Under the pieces are notes generated by a model. That model was not told where the DNA came from, made no database searches, and saw only the letters and a list, made by a program, of their open reading frames with translations. 64,000 nucleotides of DNA from Candidatus Latescibacterota bacterium (GTDB taxonomy: Bacteria; Latescibacterota; UBA2968; UBA8231), in NCBI GenBank assembly GCA_965242865.1, contig CBDETK010000008.1:56915-120914 (forward strand). Reading direction: 5' to 3'. Position 1 is the first letter of the stretch. Every line of letters starts with the position of its first letter. Position numbers and translations under genes: made by a program. Shown here piece by piece: positions 9,316-21,393 of this stretch.

Positions 9316-10572
9316 ATGAATCGCGACCGACTCTTCCTTGCCAGTTGCGTGGCGCTCGTCACCACGTCCATGGTGTTCTCCATCCGCGGCGACGTGCTCG
9401 ACGCGCTCGGGGTCGACTTCAAGCTGACCAAGGAGCAACTGGGCCAGCTGTTGAGCCCAGCGTTCCTAGGCTTCACCGTGTCGATCCTGATCGGCGGGTC
9501 CTTGGTCGACGTGTTCGGGATGCGACGGCTGCTGACGATCTCGGGATGGTTCTACGTAGCGGCGATTCTCGTGATCGTCCTCGCCCCGTTTCCCGATGCC
9601 CCGATCGAGGCCATCACCGGTAATCCGATCACGATGCTTGTATGGTTCGCGATGCTGACTCTGGGGCTGGCGCAGGGGCTCGTGGAGGGCGTGATCAACC
9701 CGCTGTGCTCGACGCTCTACCCCGAAGACAAGACGCATCGCATGAACGTCCTCCATGCGTGGTGGCCCGGCGGCTTGATCGTCGGCGGCTTGCTGGCGTT
9801 CTTGATCACGATGGTGATGGGGCTCGGCGACGATGTTGTCACCCCCGCGACAGCCACGCTCGGCTGGCGCATCAAGCTGCTGACGATCTTGATCGTCGCG
9901 GTCGGCTACCTGTACTTGATTCGCGGCCAGGAGTTTCCCAAGACCGAGCGGGTCGCCGCCGGCGTGAGCAACCGGGACATGCTGCGCGACCTGCTCAGGC
10001 CCTCGTTCATCGCCCTGTGGGGTTGCATGTGGCTGACTTCCGCGACGGAACTGGGTCCGGACCAGTGGACGGCGTCCTTGATCACCAATCTGACCGGCAT
10101 GCAGGGCATCCTGATTCTGGTCTACACGGCGGGCATCATGTTCGTGCTCCGCTTTTTCGGCGGGCCCTTGGCCCACAAGTTCTCGCCGTTCGGATTGCTG
10201 ACGATCTCCGCGGTGCTCGCGGCCGCGGGCCTGTACTCGCTGGGCTCGGTGTCGACGATGATGGGCGCGTTCGCCGCGGCCACGCTGTTCGGCGTTGGCA
10301 AGACCTACTTCTGGCCCTGCATGCTGGGGATTACGTCGGAGCAGTACCCGAAGGGTGGCCCGGTGGCCCTGGCCTTGATGGGCGGCACGGGCAATCTCGC
10401 GATCGCGTTGGTGCTGCCGTTCATGGGTCGCTGGTACGACAACGACGGCGCGGCCGCCGCCTTCCAGTACGTTTCGGTCATGCCGGTGGCGCTGGTCGTC
10501 TTCTTCGGACTGTTCTTCCTGTACTTCCGCAGCAAGGGCGGCTACAAGCCCGTGGAACTCGCCCAGCAGTAG
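9316..10572 (+). CDS. MFS transporter
   Basis: About 12 hydrophobic segments. ATG 9316 is preceded by AGGAGGA. The longest ORF (9025) adds an implausible Arg/Pro-rich leader. Confidence 0.8.
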   Translation: MNRDRLFLASCVALVTTSMVFSIRGDVLDALGVDFKLTKEQLGQLLSPAFLGFTVSILIGGSLVDVFGMRRLLTISGWFYVAAILVIVLAPFPDAPIEAITGNPITMLVWFAMLTLGLAQGLVEGVINPLCSTLYPEDKTHRMNVLHAWWPGGLIVGGLLAFLITMVMGLGDDVVTPATATLGWRIKLLTILIVAVGYLYLIRGQEFPKTERVAAGVSNRDMLRDLLRPSFIALWGCMWLTSATELGPDQWTASLITNLTGMQGILILVYTAGIMFVLRFFGGPLAHKFSPFGLLTISAVLAAAGLYSLGSVSTMMGAFAAATLFGVGKTYFWPCMLGITSEQYPKGGPVALALMGGTGNLAIALVLPFMGRWYDNDGAAAAFQYVSVMPVALVVFFGLFFLYFRSKGGYKPVELAQQ

Positions 10573-10585
10573 CGCAGGTCGCTAA

Positions 10586-11068
10586 ATGAAGAGGCACCCG
10601 GCACTGGTTCCGCTTTCGAGGCAGCACCACGACGGGTTGGCGCTCGGGGTGTTCATCGAGAGAGGTCTGCGACAAGGCGCGGATCCGGGCGAGCCGGAAC
10701 GCTTGCGCAAGCAGGTGCTGGACGCTTGGGAATTCGAGCTCAAGGGACACTTCGAGGTCGAGGAACGAGTGCTGTTTCCAGCCGTGCGCGAATCCATCCC
10801 GGATCCGCGCGCGGTCGACTTGCTCATTCGCGAGCATCAAGAGATCCGCCAGCTGATCGACTCCCTGCGAACCGCCGATGACGACAGGCTGCGAGACGCC
10901 CTGCTCGCGGTGCGCAGCGTCCTGACCCGCCACATCCGTACCGAGGAACGCGTGCTGTTCGAGGCCGTGCAGGAAAGCTTGGAAGAGGCCGACCTGCTGG
11001 CGCTGGGCCGAAAGATCGACGAAGCCTTGCCGACAGCCTGCCTGCGGATGGGCAGTGCGCAGGTCTGA
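10586..11068 (+). CDS. Hemerythrin HHE cation-binding domain protein
   Basis: SRQHHDGL, HFEVEERVLFP, REHQEIR and HIRTEERVLFE give the H/E ligand pattern of hemerythrin-like domains. Confidence 0.8.
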   Translation: MKRHPALVPLSRQHHDGLALGVFIERGLRQGADPGEPERLRKQVLDAWEFELKGHFEVEERVLFPAVRESIPDPRAVDLLIREHQEIRQLIDSLRTADDDRLRDALLAVRSVLTRHIRTEERVLFEAVQESLEEADLLALGRKIDEALPTACLRMGSAQV

Positions 11069-11100
11069 GTCCCGGGAACGTTCCGCGGAGCGCTGCCGGA

Positions 11101-12138
11101 TCAGGTCCGTTCGAGGCTGCGCTTCAAGTTCGCTTCGATCTGGCGGTTGATGCCGCCGGTCTCGAACTCCACGGCCACCCGGATCGCGTTCTTGATCGCC
11201 TGGCAGCTCGAGCTGCCGTGGCAGATGATCACCCCGCCCCGCACGCCGAGCATCGGCGCGCCGCCGTACTCCTCGTAATCGACCCGCTTCTTGAACTCCT
11301 CGAACGCGCCCTTGGCGAGGCTGTAGCCGATCTGGCGCATGACGGTCGCTTCCAGCGATTCGATCAGCATTTTCTTGATGCTCGCGACCAGTCCCTCGCT
11401 GACCTTCAGCGCCACGTTGCCGATGAAGCCGTCGCACACGACCACGTCCGCGTTGCCGCTGAACAGGTCCCGCCCCTCGACGTTGCCCACGAACTGGAAC
11501 CCCTCTTGCTTCAGCAGCGGCGTGGTCTCCCGCGTGAGTTCGTTGCCCTTCTGCTCTTCCTCTCCGATCGAAAGCAGTCCGATGCGCGGCTGCTCCAACC
11601 CGAACAGGATGCGCGTGTACGCGTCGCCCATCACGGCGAACTGCACCAGCATCGCCGCCGTGCAATCCACGTTCGCCCCGACGTCGAGCACCAGCGTGCG
11701 CCCTCCGGTGCCGGTCGGAAACGTTTGCGCGACCGCCGGACGATAGACGCCCGGGATGCGACCGAGCACCTTCAGGGCGGTGGCCATGACCGCGCCCGTG
11801 TTGCCCGCCGAGACCAATCCGGCCGCGCGTCCCTGCAGCACCTGCTCGGCTGCCAAGCGAATGGAGCTTTCCTTCTTGGTGCGGAGGGCCTTGGAGGGGT
11901 TGTCGTGCATCGTGACCACGTCGCTGGCGTGGACGATTTCGATCTTGCCGCGCGCCGGGAAGTACTTGGAGAGTTCCTTCCGCAGGACATCCTCGCGTCC
12001 CACGAGCAGGATCTTGGCACCGAATTCCTCGGCTGCCAGCAGGGATCCCTCGACCTCGGCGACAGGGGCTCCGTCGCTGCCCATGGCATCGACAGCGACA
12101 GTGATCGGTTCCGGCACGGGGTTTCCGGTTCCTAGCAC
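11101..12138 (-). CDS. plsX: Phosphate acyltransferase PlsX
   Basis: [21 protein letters not shown] and ICHGSS motifs. Conserved synteny with rpmF and yceD. Confidence 0.93.
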   Translation of the reverse strand: MLGTGNPVPEPITVAVDAMGSDGAPVAEVEGSLLAAEEFGAKILLVGREDVLRKELSKYFPARGKIEIVHASDVVTMHDNPSKALRTKKESSIRLAAEQVLQGRAAGLVSAGNTGAVMATALKVLGRIPGVYRPAVAQTFPTGTGGRTLVLDVGANVDCTAAMLVQFAVMGDAYTRILFGLEQPRIGLLSIGEEEQKGNELTRETTPLLKQEGFQFVGNVEGRDLFSGNADVVVCDGFIGNVALKVSEGLVASIKKMLIESLEATVMRQIGYSLAKGAFEEFKKRVDYEEYGGAPMLGVRGGVIICHGSSSCQAIKNAIRVAVEFETGGINRQIEANLKRSLERT

Positions 12139-12144
12139 TTTCAG

Positions 12145-12327
12145 CTACTCGGACTCGACCTCGATCACCTGCCGACCCCTGTAGTAGCCGCACTTCGGGC
12201 AGACGCGATGCGGCACCGTGCTCTCGCCGCACTGCGAGCAGAGCGAGTCTGCCGACTCGACGAGGTGGTCGTGCGCGCGTCGCTTGCCCGTGCGGGATCT
12301 GGAATGTCGTCGTTTGGGATTCGGCAT
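12145..12327 (-). CDS. rpmF: 50S ribosomal protein L32
   Basis: MPNPKRRHSRSRTGKRRAHD ... CSQCGE ... CPKCGYYRG is a Zn-ribbon L32. Confidence 0.95.
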   Translation of the reverse strand: MPNPKRRHSRSRTGKRRAHDHLVESADSLCSQCGESTVPHRVCPKCGYYRGRQVIEVESE

Positions 12328-12358
12328 GGTTCGATGCTCCTGATGGTGGTAATCGGGC

Positions 12359-12901
12359 TCAATGCTTGTATTTTAGATGGCGCAAGCCGTCCCAGCGGGG
12401 ATCGGCGAACGCGTCGCGGCAGTCGCAGGGCTCGACGTTGCGATCCGCCTTGCAGATCGGGCAGATGCCCTTGCAGTCGGGATCGCACAGGTAGCGGGCC
12501 GGCAGCCAGAGCAGCAATTGCTCCTGCACCACTTGCGTCAAGCCGATGCCGCCATCCTCGTAGAAACCCACTTCGGTCTGCTCGCGCGTGATCGCGGTCT
12601 CGCCGCTCTGCTCGATGATCTCCATCGGATAGAAGTACAGCTCGAAGCTCTCGTCGAAGTCGCGCCGCAAATCCTTGAGGCAGCGGTCGCAGGCATGGAC
12701 GGCGTTCGCTTGCAGCCGCCCTTTGACGCGAATCGTGCGGAGTCCTTGCTTGTCCAGCAGCTCGGCCTTGCCCGCGACCTGCGCGGGCCCGGCCAGGCCC
12801 CACCCGTCGATCAGCTCCAGCAGCCTCGGTTGGATCGCCGTCTCGAAGCGAAACGGCTTGCGCTCCAGTGCTGTCGCGTCGATGAAAAGCCTCCGATCCA
12901 C
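12359..12901 (-). CDS. yceD: YceD/DUF177 family protein
   Basis: CDRCL ... CDPDCKGICPICKADRN..PCDC cysteine pattern, and position directly upstream of rpmF. Confidence 0.85.
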   Translation of the reverse strand: MDRRLFIDATALERKPFRFETAIQPRLLELIDGWGLAGPAQVAGKAELLDKQGLRTIRVKGRLQANAVHACDRCLKDLRRDFDESFELYFYPMEIIEQSGETAITREQTEVGFYEDGGIGLTQVVQEQLLLWLPARYLCDPDCKGICPICKADRNVEPCDCRDAFADPRWDGLRHLKYKH

Positions 12902-13012
12902 GCCACGACACTCCCAGTCTAGCGACAGCGACCGAGTTCCCGCAAACCGCCGTTCGAGGCAGCGGGCGGGATGCGGTCTCGCGCCCCCTTCCTACAATGG
13001 TTGCTTCGGCCC

Positions 13013-14314
13013 ATGAAAATCAAGGATCTGCGGGTTCACTCCATTGCCATCGCCGACCCGCCGCTACGCAGCTCGTACGGGTTGCACGCGCCGTACGCGT
13101 TGCGGAACATCGTCGAGGTCGAGAGCGAGGACGGCATCGTCGGGATCGCGGAGACCTACGGCGGCGAGGGTCCGGCCGACGCCTTGCGCCAGCTCAAGCC
13201 CGAAGTGGTCGGCGCCGATGCCTACCGCGTCACCGGCGACCTCTTGGAACTCGCGGACGGCGCGGGCGCGGGAGCCGAGCGCTCCCACGTCATGCGCACG
13301 CCCGGCGAGAATCCCCTCGATGCCGGGCCGCGCACGTACTCCGCGTTGGAGACCGCCTGCCTGGACCTGATCGGTCGCAGCACCGGCGTCCCGGCGTGCG
13401 ACCTGCTCGGCGGCCGCTGCCGGGACGCGGTGCCGTTTTCGGCCTATGCCTTTTACAAGCACGCGGGTGGTGGCGGCGAGGGTGCCGATGCGCGCGAGGA
13501 CAAGTACGGCGAGTGCCTGACGCCCGCCTCGATCGTGGCGCAGGTGCGCTCGATGGTCGACGAATACGGGTTCCGGGACATCAAGCTCAAGGGCGGAGTG
13601 CTCGATCCGGACGACGAAATCGAAGCCATCCGCCAGCTGCGGTCGGAGTTCGGATCCGACATGCCCTTGCGCATCGATCCGAATTCGGCTTGGACGGTCG
13701 AGACATCGGTGCGGGTCGGCGAGCGCTTGCGCGAAGAGCTGCGGGGCGGAGGCTATCTCGAGGACCCAGCTGCCGGACTCGACGGCATGGCCGCGACCCG
13801 CCGCGAGCTGCTGCGACGGGGCATCGACACACCCTTGGCGAGCAACGTGGCCGTGACTTCGTTCGCCCATCTGCCCGAGGCGATCTCGCGAGATGCCGTG
13901 CAGGTCGTCCTGTGCGATCACCACTTCTGGGGCGGCATGCGCCAGGTCCAGCACTTGGGCAAGCTCTGCCAGACATTCGGGCTGGCGCTCTCGATGCACT
14001 CCAACTCGCACCTCGGCGTATCGCTGATGGCCATGGCGCACGTGGCGGCCGCCACCCGGAACCTGACGTACGCCTGCGACACGCACTACCCGTGGCAGGC
14101 TGCGGACGAAGTGATCGCGGGTGGGCGTTTGGCATTCGAGGGCGGCGCCTTGCGGATTCCCGACCGGGGCGGCCTGGGCGTCGATCTGGACTACGACCAG
14201 CTCGAGCGATTGAAGGCACGCTACGCTGCGATTCCGTACCGGCGGCGCGATGACGAAGCGGAAATGCGCAAGCATATCGACCCGACTTGGCGCAGGGTAC
14301 TGCCGCGGTGGTAG
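13013..14314 (+). CDS. Enolase-superfamily dehydratase (glucarate dehydratase-like)
   Basis: MKIKDLRV...AETYGG N-terminal capping domain. IKLKGG (KxK), RIDPNSAW and LEDP metal/base motifs. ATG 13013 preferred over 12971. Confidence 0.8.
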   Translation: MKIKDLRVHSIAIADPPLRSSYGLHAPYALRNIVEVESEDGIVGIAETYGGEGPADALRQLKPEVVGADAYRVTGDLLELADGAGAGAERSHVMRTPGENPLDAGPRTYSALETACLDLIGRSTGVPACDLLGGRCRDAVPFSAYAFYKHAGGGGEGADAREDKYGECLTPASIVAQVRSMVDEYGFRDIKLKGGVLDPDDEIEAIRQLRSEFGSDMPLRIDPNSAWTVETSVRVGERLREELRGGGYLEDPAAGLDGMAATRRELLRRGIDTPLASNVAVTSFAHLPEAISRDAVQVVLCDHHFWGGMRQVQHLGKLCQTFGLALSMHSNSHLGVSLMAMAHVAAATRNLTYACDTHYPWQAADEVIAGGRLAFEGGALRIPDRGGLGVDLDYDQLERLKARYAAIPYRRRDDEAEMRKHIDPTWRRVLPRW

Positions 14315-14392
14315 TATCTGTTGCGTGTTTTCCGTCCGGTCGTGTTGCATACCGGACGGCAAGAGTCTACGATCAATGCACCGGAAGGAGGG

Positions 14393-14851
14393 ATGGTCAT
14401 GGCGAGAGCGTGCCGTCTAACAGTCTTGTTTCTTTCTCTGGCCTGCGCGCTGGCGCTCGCGGTGCCCCGGATCGCGTCCGTCAATCCCGATGCCGTGGCA
14501 CCGGGCGGCTCGGCGGTCGCCGATGGCTCGGATCTCGGCGCAGGGTCGGTTGCCAAGCTGTACCTCACGGCGTCCGGCAAGGACGTCGAGCTGACTGTCA
14601 CCGAGCAGGCCGATGGCAAGATCGCCTTCACCGTGCCCGACGGCACGGACATGAAGCGGTATCGCCTGATGGTTCTCACGGCGGGGTCGGGAGCTGCTTA
14701 CATGGAGCAGCCCGTGGCGCTGGAAGTCGTCGACGAGGCGACCGCCAAGGCGCGCGCCGAAGAGGGCGAGGTCGAACTCGAGATCATCGAGGCCGAGCCA
14801 GCGGAAGAGGAAGAGCCCCAGCAGGGCAAGGGCAAGAAGAAGCGCAACTGA
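14393..14851 (+). CDS. Secreted protein with IPT/TIG-like beta domain and charged C-terminal tail
   Basis: GGAAGGAGGG RBS precedes the ATG. Signal peptide MVMARACRLTVLFLSLACALALA. PRIASVNPDAVAPGG...KIAFTVPDG resembles an IPT/TIG fold. Tail is EEEEPQQGKGKKKRN. Confidence 0.5.
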   Translation: MVMARACRLTVLFLSLACALALAVPRIASVNPDAVAPGGSAVADGSDLGAGSVAKLYLTASGKDVELTVTEQADGKIAFTVPDGTDMKRYRLMVLTAGSGAAYMEQPVALEVVDEATAKARAEEGEVELEIIEAEPAEEEEPQQGKGKKKRN

Positions 14852-14853
14852 GC

Positions 14854-14873
14854 GAGACCGCTCAAGCGGTCTC
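14854..14873. terminator. 8-bp GC hairpin between convergent genes (possible bidirectional terminator)
   Basis: gagaccgc-tcaa-gcggtctc overlaps the queG stop codon, 3 nt after the 14851 stop. No U-tract. Confidence 0.35.
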
Positions 14874-15998
14874 TGCGTTGCGGGCCGCGCCGGCGCTGCC
14901 GGTGCGCGGCGGGGATGCCCCCAACTGTTGCAACGCCCAGCGGGCGTGTTCGCGGACGACGGCGTCCGGATATTCCGCGAGTCGCGCGAGCGCCTCGCGA
15001 AACGCGGGGTTGCCGCTGTTGCCCATGGCCACGGCGACGTTGCGCAGGAACCCCGCGTAGCGGCTTCTCTCGACCGGCGTGCCCCCGAACCGGCGGTCGA
15101 ACTCTTCTTCGGAAAGGCCCGCCAATTCGGCTAGATCCGGTCGCTCGTTGATCGCTTGGTAGGCAGGTTCCGCGGTCACGGCCGCCCGGCGATGGTTGTT
15201 CCACGGGCAGACGTCCTGGCAGATGTCGCATCCGAAGACATGGTGGCCGACCCCCTCGCGATGCCCTTCGGGGATGGAGCCGCGCAACTCCACGGTCCAG
15301 TAGGCGATGCACAGCCGCGAGTCCAGCGCGTGGGACGGCCCGCTCGCGCTGTCGAGTTCGACGAACGCATCGGTCGGGCAGGCGTCGATGCATCTCCGGC
15401 ACGTGCCGCACCGGAAGGCCGCCTCCTCGTCCCGCGCGAATTCCACCGAGGTGAGGATCTCGCCGAGGAAGAACCAAGACCCCGTCCGTTCCTCGATCAG
15501 GCACGAGTTCTTGCCGATCCAGCCCAGCCCGGCCCTGCGGGCGTAGGCGCGCTCCAGCAACGGCGAGGTGTCCACGCAGACCTTGTTCTTCACACCGGGT
15601 CCGAAGCGCATCTGGATCCAGTCCGCGAGCGCGCGCAAGCGGGCCTTAATCGTGTCGTGGTAATCGGCGCCCCAGGCGTAGCGCGAGATCCAACCCCGGC
15701 GGTCGGACGCGAATTCCGTGGAGTACGGCGCCGAGGCGTTGTAGACCGACCCGACGCAGACCACGGAGCGAGCCGACGGCAGCAAGGCGCGCGGGTCGGA
15801 GCGCAGCTCTCCGCGGCGTCCGGCCAGATAGCCCATGTCGCCGTGGTACCCGCGCTCCAGCCACTCGGCGTAGAACAGGGATTCGAGTGTCGGCTCCGGG
15901 GATGCCACGCCCGCCAGTTCGAATCCGAGTTCGCGGGCGCGAGCCTTGAGCGGGGCGCTGTCCTGCACGGTGCCGTCCGTGGAGCGGCGCGGCCGCAT
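14862..15998 (-). CDS. queG: Epoxyqueuosine reductase
   Basis: Only the C-terminal 378 aa of the 1065-aa track ORF is real: ARELGFELAGV, RGWISRYAWGADYH, CGTCRRCIDACPTDAF, HHVFGCDICQDVCPWN. Start ATG at 15998. Confidence 0.9.
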   Translation of the reverse strand: MRPRRSTDGTVQDSAPLKARARELGFELAGVASPEPTLESLFYAEWLERGYHGDMGYLAGRRGELRSDPRALLPSARSVVCVGSVYNASAPYSTEFASDRRGWISRYAWGADYHDTIKARLRALADWIQMRFGPGVKNKVCVDTSPLLERAYARRAGLGWIGKNSCLIEERTGSWFFLGEILTSVEFARDEEAAFRCGTCRRCIDACPTDAFVELDSASGPSHALDSRLCIAYWTVELRGSIPEGHREGVGHHVFGCDICQDVCPWNNHRRAAVTAEPAYQAINERPDLAELAGLSEEEFDRRFGGTPVERSRYAGFLRNVAVAMGNSGNPAFREALARLAEYPDAVVREHARWALQQLGASPPRTGSAGAARNAETA

Positions 15999-16226
15999 CC
16001 CGCTCCCGAGTGACGCGAAACAGCCGTTCAGCCCCTCTATGCTGCCATAGAACCGCGAATTTCTGCGATTCGCCGATATTCCGTTGCGCGGCCGGGCGGC
16101 GAGGTCATATTCTTGCGTATGGCTGGCAGGAGTGCCTCCACGCGGGTGCGGATGCCGGCCGATCGCGATCGGGAGCCCCCTCGGGAGCGCGCTCGGCGCG
16201 AGTGGAATCTCGAGGAGGGAACACGC

Positions 16227-18329
<2,103 letters not shown>

Positions 18330-18355
18330 GCCGCCGGCATGGAATCAGCCCAGCC

Positions 18356-18383
18356 TCTGACTCGCGAATTCACGCGGGTCAGG
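18356..18383 (+). terminator. Hairpin 27 nt after the radical SAM stop
   Basis: tctgactcgcg-aattca-cgcgggtcagg is an 11-bp stem with two G:U pairs. No U-tract. Confidence 0.35.
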
Positions 18384-19337
18384 GGCTGAGCGAAGTTGTG
18401 CGAACCAGAACGGCAATCGCCCGCGGGTGACGGGAAGGTTCTCTATCGGTGTTCAACACGACATCGGAGAGTCTGACCGCCACGGGCGCGGGCGGATCGC
18501 CTTGCGCATTGCTACGCAATCGGCTTCAAGCCTCACAGAACAGCTCTTCCAGCCGCTGTTGGACCAGATCGATCCGTTGCGACTTGCCGTGGACACTCGA
18601 TCCATGCGCATGGCCGCGGAATACGGTATGCGGCTGGCGAAGCGCAGCGAGAACCTGAAGCATGACGGACTTGCTGAACTAATCTCGGACTACCCAGCAC
18701 ACGAGCCTGAGATCAATCGCGAGGCAGCAGCCGAAAAGCTCTGCTCAAGCGTCAAGGGACCGAGTGGAACCGCACTTGCACTGTTGGAAGGTCTGAGTCC
18801 CTAGTTGGAGATTCCGCAGGTCGCACCGTTGGTGCAGGTGTTCTCGATTGGTATAGTACGCAACGGGGAGAGGAGTCATGAGAAAGGGAAAATCCATCCA
18901 GCAGGTTCAAATCGAGAAGATGCTCGAGACCAAGAAGCTCATCGATCACCGCTACCAAGCGATCAGACGGTCAGACCGGTACATTCGGCCGAGCCGTCCA
19001 GACACGAGACAGACGAAATCAACTGACGATATGTTTCGCAGCTAGCAAGGCCGTGCCTGGCCATTTGCCTTGCGCGAGCTGGAGTGGCGGCTGGCGCAAC
19101 GAGTGTTCTGGTTGCGAGCGGTGTGTCTGCTCGTGTCACCACGAAGTCCCTTCAAAGCGACCTGCCGTGCAGAGGCTTGACGAATGGATCGGCGTGGAAG
19201 GGGGGACGAACGGCTAGCGGTGCAGTTCCGGCATCTCGAATTGCGGGGAACAGACCGGTCCGCCAAGCGAACCGTTGCTAGGCGATGCAGTATGGCGGAA
19301 CGCCCATGACATCTCAGGTGGTCAGGTTCGAGTCCTC

Positions 19338-19850
19338 TTAATCGGGAGCCGGAGCCTTCCAGCGCGACAACGATGGCTGTACCGTCCTGCACGATTCCAG
19401 AGTCAGGTCCCTCCGCAAATGACTGGGACCGCCCGTGGGCTCTCCCTTGCCGGCAGCAACTGCCAAGCACAGGTCACTGTTGGCTAACTTGATCCGGCCG
19501 TCGGCCTCGACCACGAAGCGTTGCGATCCTGAAGCACCGCAGGGCGCGAGCGAGACGCTCGCTCCGGCACGTGCGGACGATGCCTCGGCGCAACGGTCGT
19601 ACGCCTTCATGTAAAGCTGGCCAGCCTCCGGGTGGTTAGGCGTGAACAGCTCGTCCGCGGCACCCGGCTTGCAGGTGTGCGCCATCAATGGCGCGTCGAG
19701 GTTCACCCGATTACGGAACCCTGGAACATCGACGCAGTAGAACTGGGGCTCGTCCAGAGGATCGATCAACTGGATCAGCCCCTCGGCACCCACTAACGGA
19801 AGTGCCCCCGCAACGGCGATCAATACAGCGGCTCTGCGCATGCTGGCCAT
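19338..19850 (-). CDS. Secreted ricin-type beta-trefoil lectin domain protein
   Basis: Signal peptide MASMRRAAVLIAVAGALPLVGA. Cys-paired trefoil-like segments (FYCVDV, AHTCKP, DRCAEA, QRFVVEADGRIKLANSDLCLAV). The longest ORF start (20024) is implausible. Confidence 0.65.
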   Translation of the reverse strand: MASMRRAAVLIAVAGALPLVGAEGLIQLIDPLDEPQFYCVDVPGFRNRVNLDAPLMAHTCKPGAADELFTPNHPEAGQLYMKAYDRCAEASSARAGASVSLAPCGASGSQRFVVEADGRIKLANSDLCLAVAAGKGEPTGGPSHLRRDLTLESCRTVQPSLSRWKAPAPD

Positions 19851-19969
19851 TGTAATGGCACCGCCCAGTGGTGCCTCGGCTCCGGCGGGACCGAAACCAG
19901 TGCCGTGGGGGCGCGGCCTCGGATGGTTCGTAGCCCTGCCTTGAGTCGCTCCGGTGGTATCATTCCGGC

Positions 19970-21169
19970 GTGCGCCAGCAACTGATCTATCTCCTCCTTG
20001 TCGGCGGTCTTTGCGCGGGCGCATTCGCAGCCTCCGCTCCGGTCGAATTTCAAACGCACGTCATCGAAGCCGAGATGCCCGGCGGATACGCCGTACTCGT
20101 CGCCGACTTGAATGACGACGGCCGCCCTGACGTGCTCGGGATGACGTCCCGCATCAAGGAACTCCCTTGGTACGAGAATCCGTCCTGGCAACGGCATGTC
20201 TTGCAGAAGGACCTCAACGGATTAGTCAACATGGCTGCTCACGACATCGACGGCGATGGCATTCCGGAACTCGCTATCGAGAACGAATTCAGCATGGTCG
20301 CCGCCAAGAGCCGGGGCCTCGTGTGGTTGCTCGAGCATCAAGGAGACCCGCGGGAACCATGGAAGTCCGTGCCTGTCGACGAACTGACGACCTCCCACCA
20401 CGTGGCGTGGGCCGATGTCGATGGGAATGGCGACAAGGAGCTCATCAATGCCCCGCTCATCGGGTCCGAGGCGCTAGCGCCGAAGTACGAGGACAACGTT
20501 CCGCTGGTGTACTACCACGTGCCCCCGGAACGTCGCGGACCTTGGAAGCGGTTGCTGATTGATGACACGCTCAGAGGTGTCCTGCACCGCGTGCGGGTTG
20601 TCCAGTGGGATGCCGATCCCCGCGAAGAACTGCTGACCGCTGGATTCGACGGCATCACGTTGCACGATCCCACCGGGACGGGAACCGAAATCCGGTGGCA
20701 GAACACGCTGCTGTCCCCAGGCCGCGCGCCGGAACCGAAGACCGCCGGAGCGAGCGATGTGGCGATGGGGAACCTAAACGGAACGAGGATGTTGACTTCG
20801 GTCGAGCCATGGCACGGCAACGAGGTCGTGGTCTATACGGAAGCCGCTGATGGCCGCTGGCAGCGCAAGGTCATCTACGACCGCTTGACGGAGGGCCACG
20901 AAGTCTGCGTCGGAGACTTCAACGGCGACGGCCGCGACGACATCGTCGCCGGAGACCGTGCGCGGGGCGAAATCGCGGGTTCGCATGTGTTCTTCGCGCA
21001 AGACGACGCTGGTTCGGAGTGGCTCCACCAAGACCTCGATCCGATGGGCATGTCGGCTTCCGGCTGCGCGGTAGCGGATCTGAATGGCGACGGACGATTG
21101 GATGTCGTTCAGATCGGCGGCGCGACGAAGAACATCAAGTGGTACGAGAACCTAGGGACCGAGCGCTGA
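19970..21169 (+). CDS. FG-GAP/VCBS repeat protein, secreted
   Basis: Signal peptide. Repeated Ca-binding-like DLNDDGRPDV, DIDGDGIPEL, DVDGNGDKEL, DFNGDGRDDI, DLNGDGRLDV. Confidence 0.8.
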   Translation: MRQQLIYLLLVGGLCAGAFAASAPVEFQTHVIEAEMPGGYAVLVADLNDDGRPDVLGMTSRIKELPWYENPSWQRHVLQKDLNGLVNMAAHDIDGDGIPELAIENEFSMVAAKSRGLVWLLEHQGDPREPWKSVPVDELTTSHHVAWADVDGNGDKELINAPLIGSEALAPKYEDNVPLVYYHVPPERRGPWKRLLIDDTLRGVLHRVRVVQWDADPREELLTAGFDGITLHDPTGTGTEIRWQNTLLSPGRAPEPKTAGASDVAMGNLNGTRMLTSVEPWHGNEVVVYTEAADGRWQRKVIYDRLTEGHEVCVGDFNGDGRDDIVAGDRARGEIAGSHVFFAQDDAGSEWLHQDLDPMGMSASGCAVADLNGDGRLDVVQIGGATKNIKWYENLGTER

Positions 21170-21393
21170 CAACGCTCTCCACGTAGCACCGAGGATCGAT
21201 TCTTCTCCGCCCCTGCCAGCTGCCCGTGCTCGTACTTCGAGCCACGGCGGTAGCTGTCGGGTCTTGCCCAGGTATCGGGTTCCCGTGACCCGCTCAGTTC
21301 AGCCCGTTGCACTTGGACTGCCACGACACCGCCACAGTCGACCGCATGATGTCGAGCCACCGCCCTTGAGGGTGTTGTCATTGAACGGGCTGT

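Noticed and set aside
10478-12911. Long minus-strand ORFs 10478..12232 (584 aa) and 12165..12911 (248 aa), and + ORFs 11218..12135 and 12377..12922
   Set aside because: These are alternate-frame or antisense shadows of hemerythrin, plsX, rpmF and yceD. Arg/Gly/Pro-rich, with no motifs.
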